Origin: Nitrosopumilaceae archaeon
GTDB taxonomy: Archaea; Thermoproteota; Nitrososphaeria; Nitrososphaerales; Nitrosopumilaceae
Assembly: GCA_965207375.1 (NCBI GenBank)
Contig: OZ242274.1
Span: 128,001 to 192,000, forward strand
Direction of reading: 5' to 3'
DNA length: 64,000 nt
How positions within the stretch are numbered: position 1 is the first letter of the stretch; the number at the start of each line of letters is the position of its first letter. The notes beneath the pieces were generated by a model. It had not been told where the DNA came from, did no database searches, and worked only from the letters and a program-made list of their open reading frames with translations. Shown here piece by piece: positions 37,891 through 48,629 of this stretch. The position numbers and the translations under genes were made by a program.

Positions 37891-39384
37891 TTAACCCAAC
37901 CTATTTTTCCATTGAGAGTCTTCGTGAGGACCTGCAGTTATTTTGCTTTTATAGTATTCATTGTGTATGATTGCAGCTGCTAGAGCAACAGTCTGTTTTT
38001 CTCTTTGATCAGCTTTGATATCCTCAGTCAATCTGTTAATTATGTTGTAGCGTTTCAAAAAGTCAGTCGATAATTTGCCGTTTTTATACTCGTCTGTCTG
38101 CAAAATGGTTTTGTAAAGCGGAATCGAGGTCTCTACACCTTGAATGTGGAAATCCTGCAAGGCAGTCAACATACGCGTGCGACACTCGTCAAATGTAGGC
38201 GCCCAAGTACACAGTTTTGCCATCAACGAATCATAAAACGGAGAAACAGTACAGCCAGGATACAGGTACGTGTCACATCTGACGTTTGGGCCTGAGGGGA
38301 TTGTAACGTCTGGGACAGGTCCCGTGGATGGTGCAAAGTCCAAAAAGGTGTCTTCAGCATTAATTCTGCACTCGATTGCGTACCCGTTCATCCTAAGATC
38401 ACTTTGTTTGAATGGAAGTGGCTCGCCATTTGCAATGTCTAGTTGAAGTTTTACAAAATCCAATCCAGACACCATTTCAGATATTGGATGTTCTACCTGT
38501 AGTCTTGCGTTGATTTCTATGAAATAAAACTCTCCAGAGTCGGCTCGCAGGAATTCGGCAGTTCCCAAATTGGTATAATCAACTGCCTGTGCTGCCTTGA
38601 TGACTAGCTGTCCGATTTCCTCCCGTATAGTCTCATCTACTACCGGAGATGGGGTTTGTTCAATTAGTTTTTGGTTTCGTCTTTGAATTGAGCATTCTCT
38701 CTCAAAGAGGTGTACAGTATTACCGTGATGATCTCGGCACATTTGGTATTCTATGTGTCTTGTCTTTTCTAGGAATTTTTCAACTATAATTGCTGATTTT
38801 CCAACAGCAGATATTGACTCTGATGTTACAGTATCAAAACCCTCGCGTAATTCTTTGTCGTTTGTAACCAGCCTAATTCCTCTGCCTCCGCCACCATAGA
38901 CTGATTTCAAAAGTACCGGATATCCAATTTCGTTTGCAATCTTTTCTGCCTCATCTCCGTCTGCCACCAATCCAGGACTTCCTGGTACGGTTGGAACATT
39001 TGCTTTGAGCATTGCGGCCTTGCATCGCATCTTGTCCCCGCAAAGATTCATAGAGTCCGCAGATGGGCCGATAAAGTTGATCTTGTTTTTTTCACATAAT
39101 CGTGCAAAATCATCATTTTCTGAAAGAAATCCATAGCCTGGATGTACCGCATCTGCACCAGAAGACAGCATGACTTCAAGAATTTTTTCTTGATTCAGAT
39201 ATGATTTTGCGGGGGCTGCCTCGCCGATATGATAAGCTTCAGTTGCCTGCTTTACATGTAGGGAATTAAAGTCTTCATCAGAATAAACTGCCACGGTTTT
39301 GATTCCAAGTGCCTTGCATGTTCTAATTACCCTGAGGGCAATCTCTCCTCTGTTTGCGACAAGTACCTTCTCAATCATGTACAA
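37891..39384 (-). CDS. accC: Biotin carboxylase subunit
   Basis: ANRGEIA, HPGYGFLSEN, GGGGRG, RECSIQRR, RLQVEH. Confidence 0.95.
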   Translation of the reverse strand: MYMIEKVLVANRGEIALRVIRTCKALGIKTVAVYSDEDFNSLHVKQATEAYHIGEAAPAKSYLNQEKILEVMLSSGADAVHPGYGFLSENDDFARLCEKNKINFIGPSADSMNLCGDKMRCKAAMLKANVPTVPGSPGLVADGDEAEKIANEIGYPVLLKSVYGGGGRGIRLVTNDKELREGFDTVTSESISAVGKSAIIVEKFLEKTRHIEYQMCRDHHGNTVHLFERECSIQRRNQKLIEQTPSPVVDETIREEIGQLVIKAAQAVDYTNLGTAEFLRADSGEFYFIEINARLQVEHPISEMVSGLDFVKLQLDIANGEPLPFKQSDLRMNGYAIECRINAEDTFLDFAPSTGPVPDVTIPSGPNVRCDTYLYPGCTVSPFYDSLMAKLCTWAPTFDECRTRMLTALQDFHIQGVETSIPLYKTILQTDEYKNGKLSTDFLKRYNIINRLTEDIKADQREKQTVALAAAIIHNEYYKSKITAGPHEDSQWKNRLG

Positions 39385-40938
39385 TCACAGGTTTATGTTT
39401 CCATGCTTTCGCGGAAGTTGTTTGTCACGTTTGTTTTTCAACATGTATAGTGCTTTAATTATCATTGGTCTAGTTTGTGCAGGATCAATTACGTTATCTA
39501 CGGTGCCATGGGATGCTGCAACATATGGATTGTCAAATTTTTCGGCAAATTTGTCTGTTAGCTGCCTCTTTAATGTGTCTGGATCGTCTGCATTTGCAAG
39601 ATCTTTTCTGTTCATTATCTTTACTGCCGCTTCTGCACCAAGTACGGCACAGCGCGCAGTAGGCCACGCATAGTTTACATCGGTTCGAAGGTTTTTGCTG
39701 CCCATTGCAATATAGGCCCCGCCATATGCCTTTCCTACTACGACGGTGATTTTTGGAACAGTTGCCTCACAGTATGCATAAAGAAGCTTGCTGCCGTGCC
39801 TGATAATGCCGTTATGTTCCTGATGCGACCCAGGCATGTAACCAGGAGTGTCTACAAGTGTCACAATTGGAATGTTAAATGCGTCGCAAAACCTGATGAA
39901 TCTTGCTGCCTTGTTTGAAGAGTCAATATCTAAGGCTCCTGCTAGTGCATTGGGCTGGTTTGCAACAATGCCTACCACGTGTCCGTCCATCCTTGCGTAT
40001 CCTATGATGATGTTTTGTGCAAACAACTCGTGTATCTCAAAGAACTCATAGTTATCAACAATAGAGTTTATAATTTCATGCATGTCATATGGATGCAATG
40101 GATTTTCAGGAATAATATCTATTAGTTTGCAATCTAGACGGTTTGGATCATCGTCGGTTTTGACAACGGGGGGCTGTTGCGTATTGTTTTGAGGAATAAA
40201 TGAAAGTAATTTTTTGATATAATCCATACATTGGTATTCGTTTTCGGCAACAAAATGGGCAACTCCACTCTTTGAACCATGAGACATCGCCCCACCTAGT
40301 TCGTCAGCAGTTATCTCCTCTCCTAGTACCGTTTTTACAACATCGGGTCCCGTAACAAACATTGTTGCTGCCTTTTGAACCATGACAATAAAGTCCGTCA
40401 TTGCAGGCGAATAAACAGAACCTCCTGCCGAGGGTCCAATACTTGCAGTAATTTGTGGAATAACTCCAGAGGCTAATTGATTGTGATAAAAAATATCTGC
40501 AAATCCGTCAAGACTCATAATTCCTTCCTGAATTCTTGCACCACCAGAATCCATAATTCCAATGATGGGACAACCGGTTCTAACTGCATGATCCATGAGT
40601 TTTGTGATTTTTTTAGCCCCCATCTGACTTAGTGTGCCGCCCAAAACCGTAAAATCGTATGCAAAAACAAAAACCTGTCTTCCATGAACCGTACCGTAAC
40701 CGCCAACAACTCCATCCCCGTAGAATTTCTTTTCCTGCATGTCGTATTCATGATAATGGTGAGTTGCCAACGGATCAACTTCGGTAAAACTGCCCTCATC
40801 CATCAATAGATCGATTCTCTCTCTAGCGGTGAGTTTTCCCTTTTCATGTTGAGATACGATTCGGTCCTCGCCTCCGCCTTGTAATGCCACGTTTTTCTTT
40901 GTAGAATAGTCATTAATTTTATCTGAATGTATAGCCAC
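39385..40938 (-). CDS. pccB: Acetyl/propionyl-CoA carboxylase carboxyltransferase subunit (3HP/4HB cycle)
   Basis: GKLTARERI, DSGGARIQEG, GKAYGGAY, KHGNINL. Confidence 0.93.
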   Translation of the reverse strand: MAIHSDKINDYSTKKNVALQGGGEDRIVSQHEKGKLTARERIDLLMDEGSFTEVDPLATHHYHEYDMQEKKFYGDGVVGGYGTVHGRQVFVFAYDFTVLGGTLSQMGAKKITKLMDHAVRTGCPIIGIMDSGGARIQEGIMSLDGFADIFYHNQLASGVIPQITASIGPSAGGSVYSPAMTDFIVMVQKAATMFVTGPDVVKTVLGEEITADELGGAMSHGSKSGVAHFVAENEYQCMDYIKKLLSFIPQNNTQQPPVVKTDDDPNRLDCKLIDIIPENPLHPYDMHEIINSIVDNYEFFEIHELFAQNIIIGYARMDGHVVGIVANQPNALAGALDIDSSNKAARFIRFCDAFNIPIVTLVDTPGYMPGSHQEHNGIIRHGSKLLYAYCEATVPKITVVVGKAYGGAYIAMGSKNLRTDVNYAWPTARCAVLGAEAAVKIMNRKDLANADDPDTLKRQLTDKFAEKFDNPYVAASHGTVDNVIDPAQTRPMIIKALYMLKNKRDKQLPRKHGNINL

Positions 40939-41010
40939 GCGATCTGAGGCATCTGTTAGCCTATATTAATTTAGTTAGCTTTTGCAAGCCGATGTTCGAA
41001 TTTTAAGAGG

Positions 41011-41322
41011 TTAGGCATTTAGGATGCGGAACCTCTTTTTGGCAGCATTTTGATAGGATATGTAAGAATCTCCGTTATCGCTGCATTTTTTACAAATGCA
41101 CAACTCTGATACCTTTTCAAGATCACATTCTTCTGTAAATTCACACGTACTACAGCCTGCAGGACCGCCGCATACAATGCAGTTCAATTCCCTGACTTGT
41201 GCACATTTTTCATGTTTTACGCCTAGTCCTTTTGCCCATAATCCGATTTCGTTAATCTCGATTTTTTCATTACACACAATACATGTGCCGGGAAATTTCA
41301 TTGGTATTTTACGCCAGCTCAT
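41011..41322 (-). CDS. Cys-rich conserved hypothetical (zinc-binding) protein
   Basis: Multiple CxxC motifs; ATGA-coupled to rfcL. Confidence 0.75.
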   Translation of the reverse strand: MSWRKIPMKFPGTCIVCNEKIEINEIGLWAKGLGVKHEKCAQVRELNCIVCGGPAGCSTCEFTEECDLEKVSELCICKKCSDNGDSYISYQNAAKKRFRILNA

Positions 41323-42479
41323 TTGATCAGATCCATTTCCTTGTCTAGCAATTCTGTAAATGCCTCGTCTAATTGTAGATTTAGTCCTTTATTTTTCATG
41401 CAAAACAAAACAAATGGCAAATAAAACACTGCAATGCGGCTTTGTGAGGTGTGGAAAAGTTTTCCAAGTGTACGGCCTAGTGATTTGATTTTTGCACCAT
41501 CCCATCTTATGCGATTAAGTAAAGGCCAAGAAAGATTGTATTGGGTGTATCTAATTGACGTGTCAGCCTTGTATAATTTTAATAAAATCGAATCCAGATA
41601 TCTTAACAGTCTCCAGTTTTGTGTTCGTATGATTTTTCCATATAACATGTCTGATTCAGAAATTACAGATAACATGTTTTGCATATCGGTTGGAGAAATT
41701 GCACTTGTGATCACGCTGGAATAAAACGCGTTGATTTTTTCTCTTGGATCTATTCTTAATGAATAAAGTACGCCTCTTGCCTCCTCTACAGACTTTGCCT
41801 TGAAAAATGCATTGACTCCCTCCTCTACATTTAATGTTTCAAATGATTTTTCCGTTGGTGGATCAAATCCAGTAACTAGTGCCTGTGCAGAATTTATGAT
41901 AGAGCGAATATCTCCTCTTGAATTATTTACAATTTTGATGACAGAACCCGGTCCCAATGTTGCGTCCTCTTTTTTCAAAATATGTTGCAGATAGATTCGT
42001 AATAATCTTGGAGGCAGTGGTTTGAATGCTATTGTTTTTACTGCCTTTTTGATATTTTTCATTTTAGCAGAGTCATCATAGTTGGCTGCCAACACGATTG
42101 GAACCGTGGCTTCTTTGAGAATCTTGATCAGGGCATCTGCTCCTCCATAATCTGAACGTCCGTGAATTCCGTCTACCTCGTCAATGAATATCATAGGTAC
42201 GCCCATCACACTGACATTACCTAAGACAGGGGTCAATATTTCATTAATTCTAGACTTTGTACGTGCATCACTTGCATTAAGGCCGATCATATCATAACCG
42301 AATTGCTTTGCAGCCAAGTTTGCAATCGTTGTTTTTCCAATTCCTGGAGGACCTACCAAAAGAATCGGCTTTGTGCCTTTTTTCCACTTTGCAAACCATT
42401 CTATAATAGTTGCGCGAGCAGCCTCGTTTCCGACCATGTCAATTATGGTTTGAGGCCTATACTTTTCGGACCACATCAT
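41319..42479 (-). CDS. rfcL: Replication factor C large subunit
   Basis: WSEKYRP, GPPGIGKTT, LNASDAR, IDEVDG, GDIRSIIN. Confidence 0.9.
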   Translation of the reverse strand: MMWSEKYRPQTIIDMVGNEAARATIIEWFAKWKKGTKPILLVGPPGIGKTTIANLAAKQFGYDMIGLNASDARTKSRINEILTPVLGNVSVMGVPMIFIDEVDGIHGRSDYGGADALIKILKEATVPIVLAANYDDSAKMKNIKKAVKTIAFKPLPPRLLRIYLQHILKKEDATLGPGSVIKIVNNSRGDIRSIINSAQALVTGFDPPTEKSFETLNVEEGVNAFFKAKSVEEARGVLYSLRIDPREKINAFYSSVITSAISPTDMQNMLSVISESDMLYGKIIRTQNWRLLRYLDSILLKLYKADTSIRYTQYNLSWPLLNRIRWDGAKIKSLGRTLGKLFHTSQSRIAVFYLPFVLFCMKNKGLNLQLDEAFTELLDKEMDLIK

Positions 42480-42485
42480 GGCAAA

Positions 42486-43598
42486 TCATTGGGGTAGTTT
42501 TGACGCAAAGTCAGACCACATGTCGGCTTTATGCAACTTGTTGTACCAGAATTGGTTATAATGTTCTACAGTTAAAAACAAAAATTCCAAAAATTCTTTG
42601 TGTGAAAATCCTTCCGGAAGCAGTTTGATGGCCAATCTTGCATCCTGAAGGTACAAATTGCCTTTTTCTAGGGTCAGTTCAAATCCCTTCTGAACGTCGT
42701 CTGCCAATAGGGAATAATATAACGGCCAGGATGGAATTTTTACAAATCCATTTTTAATAGAGTCCTCAATTTCGTTTCCACAGCCTACACCCTGTGCAGC
42801 ACATGCCATACCCAGATAAAAGATTTCTCCCAATGGCCTCTGTGCCAAAGCCATGTTTTTTCCAGCAGTACCCATAACTGCACGGTATTTTTTGTATGAC
42901 AGCGTCATTTCCTCCTCAGTAATGCTAGTTGGTTTTGTCTTTAATTTTTCGTCTACATATTGACCCACTCTTGCGTCTTTGAATCCGTCTTCGAATTCCT
43001 TGAGAACCTGTTCGCCACCCTTTGCAATCTTGTTTCTAGCTAATTGTAAAATATATGGATTCATCAGTTTGTAGTCATCTAAATAATCCAAATCTTCATC
43101 TTTGTCTACGATTCTGTCCATTGGTTCACTAAGATCAATTGCAAGAATGTGACCCTCGACAATATCTTGTTTTAGTTCAAAATGATCTCCTGAATATGCA
43201 GATGCTGCATCAAATAGGGCGTTAAATACTGGAAAGGTCATTTTTACAAAATTGGAATTGAGAATCCGCACTACTCTGTCTTTTAGTACGTCGCTGTCTT
43301 CTAATTTTGATTTGATTGGATCAATTTGTGATGCTTGTAAAATAATTTCAGTAGAACCTACCTCGTCTGCAAAAGCCTGCTGAGTTGTATTTGGTGAGGA
43401 ATCTGATTTGATTACCTTGTGCAGGTCATATACGAATCTGTCAGTAAAGTCGGGAAAATTGTTTTCGGTTTCCTCCTTGTATTTGTTAAACAGTTTGAAT
43501 CCTTTGGACTTGAAAAGTCCCTGTTTCATGATTTGCTTTCCGGGTCTTGTACTCATCAGGGCTTCCTTGCTTACCACCGACTGATCTTTGCTGCTCAC
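42486..43598 (-). CDS. Conserved hypothetical protein
   Basis: 370-aa ORF in a core operon; no function recognised. Confidence 0.8.
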   Translation of the reverse strand: MSSKDQSVVSKEALMSTRPGKQIMKQGLFKSKGFKLFNKYKEETENNFPDFTDRFVYDLHKVIKSDSSPNTTQQAFADEVGSTEIILQASQIDPIKSKLEDSDVLKDRVVRILNSNFVKMTFPVFNALFDAASAYSGDHFELKQDIVEGHILAIDLSEPMDRIVDKDEDLDYLDDYKLMNPYILQLARNKIAKGGEQVLKEFEDGFKDARVGQYVDEKLKTKPTSITEEEMTLSYKKYRAVMGTAGKNMALAQRPLGEIFYLGMACAAQGVGCGNEIEDSIKNGFVKIPSWPLYYSLLADDVQKGFELTLEKGNLYLQDARLAIKLLPEGFSHKEFLEFLFLTVEHYNQFWYNKLHKADMWSDFASKLPQ

Positions 43599-43673
43599 AA
43601 GGCTTTAGCTCATATGTTGTTATTTATGCTTTCAAAAAACTCCACTTAAATTACGAAAAATTTCAAAAGCGTC

Positions 43674-44471
43674 ATGAAAGTAATTGACGTCTTACAAAAC
43701 GCATCAAAGCTGGTTTATGATAATGTAAAGGATCTGGCAGGTACCGAAGATGCCGCAGGAGATAACGGAATAGGCAGAGGTGGAGACATATCGCGAAATA
43801 TCGACATTATTGCAGAAAAAACTGTTCTAGACTATCTAAGAAAAGTTAATTTTGACTGTACCGTCTTAGGAGAAGAGTGCGGCACAGTACAGATATCAGA
43901 AAATCCAAGTGGATTTGTAATTATGGATGCAATAGACGGCTCTGCTAATGCAGTCAGAGGCGTTCCGTTTTTTTGCTGTTCGCTTGCCTTTGCAACCAAA
44001 GACAGACTAAGCTCTGTTACAGACGGGGTGGTTACCAACCTAGCTACCGGAGAAACGTACAGGGCCACCGCAGGTAATGGATGCTATTTAGATGAAAAAC
44101 AGATTAAAGTTCGCTCCAAAGAACCGATTTACAAAATTGTCGGAGTCAACACTTCAGGTGCAAGTAAGGAGCTTGTGGGACGATTAGATCCTGTCTTTGA
44201 AAATCATAATCACGTCAGACATTTTGGTGCAAACGCATTAGAAATGGCACTAGTTGCTAGAGGATTGATGGATGTATTTATTGATTTGCGCAAAAAAATT
44301 AGAATACAGGATTTGGCTGCAGGTTACATACTTGTCAAGGAGGCAGGAGGCCTGATTTTAGATGAAAATTATGAACCGTTGGATTCTGATTTGAGTTATG
44401 AGACTAGGTTGTCCTTTGTTGCAGCTTCGAATCAAAAGATTATAGATGATGTAATGTCAAAAGTAAAATAA
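43674..44471 (+). CDS. Inositol monophosphatase / FBPase family protein
   Basis: LGEE, DAIDGSAN, RHFGANALE, DLAAG..VKEAGG. Confidence 0.9.
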   Translation: MKVIDVLQNASKLVYDNVKDLAGTEDAAGDNGIGRGGDISRNIDIIAEKTVLDYLRKVNFDCTVLGEECGTVQISENPSGFVIMDAIDGSANAVRGVPFFCCSLAFATKDRLSSVTDGVVTNLATGETYRATAGNGCYLDEKQIKVRSKEPIYKIVGVNTSGASKELVGRLDPVFENHNHVRHFGANALEMALVARGLMDVFIDLRKKIRIQDLAAGYILVKEAGGLILDENYEPLDSDLSYETRLSFVAASNQKIIDDVMSKVK

Positions 44472-44781
44472 AACAGCCTAGACAGAATTACAAATTCTGA
44501 TATCATTTATCTCACCTTATAAAACCAATTAGAATATTTTTTTCATGTTTTTGCAACATTAACATCACGGTCAGATTTTTATTTTTTAACAAAGCAATTT
44601 CATATCTAAAATTATCATAATTTCAAAACGCCAACGGTTACAAACGTGTTGATCACGATGAAATTATTTAGATACAGTGTAACTTTGAAATTTACAGATA
44701 GTAACTAACTCGCACAAGCAGGCGATACCGAAATTATTGGTTTTTGTGATATCTTCTTGATTGAAGTTGGTGAAAATAAAA

Positions 44782-44859
44782 TGGCGCCCTCGGCGGGATT
44801 TGAACACGCGTCTCAGCCGTGACAGGGCCGAATTCTAGACCGGGCTATACTACAAGGGC
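44782..44859 (-). tRNA. tRNA-Asp(GTC), CCA encoded
   Basis: gcccttgtagtatagcccggtctagaattcggccctGTCacggctgagacgcgtgttcaaatcccgccgagggcgcca. Confidence 0.92.
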
Positions 44860-44956
44860 ACTGTAAAATAAAAATAAGAATCGACGTTTAAAAGTTTCTT
44901 GAAGCTAAGAATACTTGTAAAAGACTAAATTATGTGGATCAGGAGTTTGTTTACGG

Positions 44957-45030
44957 GGGTCTATAGCGCAGCCAGGTAGCGCACTGGCCTTTTAAGCCAG
45001 CTGTCGTGGGTCCGAATCCCACTAGACCCG
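44957..45030 (+). tRNA. tRNA-Lys(TTT)
   Basis: gggtcta..ctggc-ctTTTaa-gccag..gtgggtccgaatcccac-tagacccg. Confidence 0.92.
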
Positions 45031-45073
45031 CTTCATTTTTGACATTTAATTAGGACACGCACGAAATCTAGGC

Positions 45074-46393
45074 GTGCCAATACGACTAGACCAAAGCGAT
45101 ATTATACAGACAACAGATGATGCATTAGCATTGTTTAGTACCGGCATCAAGACCAAGGCAACAAAACAAACCTACGAAAAACGCCTCAAAGAGTTTCTGT
45201 GCGGTACTTTGGAAAATTATCTTGATGGTGATTCAGAACTGCGAGACAGGCAAAAAAAGGAACGCTTGGCCGAAGGCAGCAATGCAGAAATTGGCAAGAC
45301 TTTGGATGCAGATTTTTCAGCCAGAGCCAGTGAATTGGTAAAAAAGGCAAAAGATGACCCAGATGCAGTGATGGGTCTACTGCTTGCATATTCTTCAAAA
45401 TTAAAGGAAAGATGCGACAAGCCTGCTGAAGATCCAGATCATCTCAATCCTAATACCGTACCTAATATGTTCAAGCCAATAAAGAAACTGTTCAAAATGA
45501 ATGGTGTTCATTTTCAATGGGAACGAATTGATTCCACATACCCCGAGTCTGAGACCAATCGTGACACTAGGGGATATACGCGAGAAGAAATTACCTCTAT
45601 TCTAGGATTTGCCAATCCACTTGAAAAGGCTGCCATATACCTTGCATCCTCATCTGGTATGAGGCGAGGTGGATTTGATTTTACCTGGGACTGCATCAAA
45701 CCTGTGTACAAAAAGGATAATGATTATTTCATGGGAAATTATGATGATAATGAAACTACTGGTGTTGTGTGTGGTGTGGTTACCGTGTATGCAGGCTCTA
45801 ATGAGCAATATTTCGCAATGTTTACACCAGAGGCATGGAAGGCAATCTGTGTGTATAGAACCCAATGGCACTCTGATACATTGCAGCATCCAAAACCCAA
45901 GGATGGATTCCTAAAGCGCGCAGGTGCTCAGATAAAATTGCTCAGCTGTGATGCATTGGCAACCAGGCTCAACAAAGTACTCAAAAAAGCAAAGGTCAGA
46001 GGACCACTTGAGGCAGGCAAAAGAAACCACGAGGTGCCAATCATGAATGGATTCAGAAGATACTTTAACAAAATCAACAAGGAGACCTTTTCAAGAGATT
46101 CTCCCCTGGCATCGTTGATAAAAAAGGAGATGATGCTTAGTCATACAGGCCTGCTAAAACTTGACAAGAATTACTTTCAAACACACTGGAAGGAGCTAGT
46201 CGAAGAGTATCTGGGTGCAGTTCCTGCACTGACTGTTTCCTCGGAACAAAGAGCAAAGGCAGAAAACCAGAAATTACGTGTAGAAAAATCCGAACTTGAG
46301 GACAAGAACCAGCAGCTACAGGCCATGAAGGAAGAGATAGACAAGATTCGTCAAAGGATGGATATTGCAGATAGGTTTGACAAGAAGGCATAA
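45074..46393 (+). CDS. Tyrosine recombinase/integrase
   Basis: SSGMRRG, NGFRRYF, LSH, KNY; begins 43 bp after tRNA-Lys; C-terminal coiled coil; similar to 23234-24433. Confidence 0.9.
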   Translation: MPIRLDQSDIIQTTDDALALFSTGIKTKATKQTYEKRLKEFLCGTLENYLDGDSELRDRQKKERLAEGSNAEIGKTLDADFSARASELVKKAKDDPDAVMGLLLAYSSKLKERCDKPAEDPDHLNPNTVPNMFKPIKKLFKMNGVHFQWERIDSTYPESETNRDTRGYTREEITSILGFANPLEKAAIYLASSSGMRRGGFDFTWDCIKPVYKKDNDYFMGNYDDNETTGVVCGVVTVYAGSNEQYFAMFTPEAWKAICVYRTQWHSDTLQHPKPKDGFLKRAGAQIKLLSCDALATRLNKVLKKAKVRGPLEAGKRNHEVPIMNGFRRYFNKINKETFSRDSPLASLIKKEMMLSHTGLLKLDKNYFQTHWKELVEEYLGAVPALTVSSEQRAKAENQKLRVEKSELEDKNQQLQAMKEEIDKIRQRMDIADRFDKKA

Positions 46394-46552
46394 CAGTTTT
46401 TTTCTAGATTTTCCAGATAAAATATTTGTATTCTCTATTGTTGGATTGCTTGGTAGGTAGGTGTAATTAAAATTGAGGGAGACAATAAATGGAAAATAAT
46501 AATTTAGTATTTCTCCGAAAGATCAAAATAGAAGTTATTTACACATAAAGTA

Positions 46553-47014
46553 ATGGAGCATTATCTAGATACTATCATTCTAGCCGTTATTGCTATATTT
46601 GCAGGTATTAGTGGTTTAGCTGCATGGTTTACATTTAAAAATACAAAAAAACACTATACCACTCATGAAAAATACATTTCATCTCAAATAATAATGCAAA
46701 TATTAAAGATGACAGAAAACTACTATGAGATAAATAATAAGATACTAGAAAAGGATATTAAAGAATATGAAACCGATGATGATTTGGAGCCATACATGAA
46801 TCATCTAGAAGGTCTTGGAAGATATTACCGTGATGGGCTTGTAACATATGAACATGTAGAAAACGACTTTGTTGAATTGCTTATAAAAATAAAAAAAGAC
46901 AACCTCCTTGAGCATTGCTTTGGAGATAAAATAAAATTAAACACTAGACGATTTGAAAATGTAAAATATCTTATTGCAAAGATTACTCCACCTAATGATT
47001 CCAAAAAAGAATAG
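46553..47014 (+). CDS. DUF4760-like protein with an N-terminal TM helix
   Basis: TM helix, then YMNHLEGLGRYYRDGLV..FENVKYL. Confidence 0.65.
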   Translation: MEHYLDTIILAVIAIFAGISGLAAWFTFKNTKKHYTTHEKYISSQIIMQILKMTENYYEINNKILEKDIKEYETDDDLEPYMNHLEGLGRYYRDGLVTYEHVENDFVELLIKIKKDNLLEHCFGDKIKLNTRRFENVKYLIAKITPPNDSKKE

Positions 47015-47284
47015 AATCAAAATACATACTAAGTCATTGTAACTTCATAATAATGGGATTTGCTAGTCTGAATCGTTTTTAGGTTTGCCACGTTTTCCTG
47101 TGGATGTATGATCTACTGTTGTTGCAGGAGTGCTAGGTTTTTTTCTTTTTTTCTTGGGTTTTTCGTCAGTCATAAAAAAACCCAACATGGCACTCTAATA
47201 AAATGATCCTTTAATCCAGCTAAACGAAATGTGATCCTAATTCTACCTGCGATAATGAAATTTTGTGTCTAAATCATCACAGAA

Positions 47285-47902
47285 TCATTCTAATTGAATT
47301 ATTGATAACAAATCAAAAAATAATATGATAGCCCCAAGTAAAATGCCTAGCACCACATAGATTGCTATGCTTCCTGCAATACTGATTGCTATGCTTTTTG
47401 CAATACTATATACTCTATTTTTTGCTTTGATTTTAAATGCAAAATCTTGTGTAGCGTACACTTTACCATTTTTGTAATTAATCCACACACCAACCCCGAT
47501 CTGGTTGTAATTGCCTAATATGTTGAAGCGATGTCCGGCACTTTTCATCCACATCTTGACTAATTCTGAAGCCAAGGATCTTTCATTTTTGGATCTGGCA
47601 TGATGCTTGACGCCTTTACTAATGGTAAAGTGCGTATCTGTCCAAGTATATGCAATGTTTTCACCTATGCCCATATCCAAACCTGCCTTATCTGCCCTAT
47701 CTGTCGGTTCGTCTAAACTACCTAAAGTCTTATGACTATAATATTTTCTTCTTGCCATGTCTCTAGAATGATTGCGAGCGATTCTGCCTATTGAGCGTGA
47801 CCATGCTAGTTGATTTAGCCTATGTTTTCGTCTCTCTCTGTTTGTAATTTCAAATATGTGCCGTTCTATTTTTGACACTGACAACTTTCGATTGAATATC
47901 AA
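47285..47902 (-). CDS. CAP/SCP-domain protein with a C-terminal TM anchor
   Basis: TNRERRKH, ARNHSRDM, GENIA, WMKSAGHRFNIL, IGVG, YATQDF. Confidence 0.9.
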   Translation of the reverse strand: MIFNRKLSVSKIERHIFEITNRERRKHRLNQLAWSRSIGRIARNHSRDMARRKYYSHKTLGSLDEPTDRADKAGLDMGIGENIAYTWTDTHFTISKGVKHHARSKNERSLASELVKMWMKSAGHRFNILGNYNQIGVGVWINYKNGKVYATQDFAFKIKAKNRVYSIAKSIAISIAGSIAIYVVLGILLGAIILFFDLLSIIQLE

Positions 47903-47956
47903 GTCATAAAATGTGGGATTTTCTCAAATAAGTAGTTAAACAGCTAAACAAAATGT

Positions 47957-48340
47957 GTGCAAAATAGGCCAAAATCTACCGCAAAATGCAAAGAGAACAA
48001 CAGGTGCAGGTTAAGAATTTGGGTCACATTTCGCTTAGCTGAAGGATGTAAAAAACATATTAACGCAAAAAACCTAGATGAACAAATGAATGAAAGTGAA
48101 ATAAAATCAGAAATTAATGAATTTTTTAAGATTTGGATTACAGCACATGAACACTTACAAACCAAAAAATCCGAATATGAAATAAAAAAAGATGATGAAT
48201 GGAGATTTGTAAATATGATATTAGAAAAACAACATAGAGATGAGGTGAAGGGTTATTTGGATTATATTGCATTTACAATGGATACGATTGATACATCACT
48301 GTGGAAAATAGCTAATCCTGATACTCCCAAGGATGAGTGA
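47957..48340 (+). CDS. Hypothetical protein (true start may be internal, MNESEIK)
   Basis: ORF track; protein-like composition in the 3' two-thirds. Confidence 0.5.
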   Translation: MQNRPKSTAKCKENNRCRLRIWVTFRLAEGCKKHINAKNLDEQMNESEIKSEINEFFKIWITAHEHLQTKKSEYEIKKDDEWRFVNMILEKQHRDEVKGYLDYIAFTMDTIDTSLWKIANPDTPKDE

Positions 48341-48629
48341 CACTCAGGATAACTTTATCAATTCTTTTACCTCGTAATTAAGCAGTTCATAATCCCACAG
48401 TATTTTTCCTGTATCAAAGCCTTGATTGAGACTTTGTGCCTTTTACATATTGTCTAGTCCAGTCTATTTAGAATATGTTCAGTATTTCTATCAAGTTTCT
48501 TTTCAATACCTACCATTGAAGGTATAAGGCTGCAGGAACTATAAGATCGTATTGTGTAATATTACCTTCACTTCAAGTCACAATCCCACTTTTCATGCAG
48601 TTTAATGAGTATCTGTTCTAGAAGATGTT

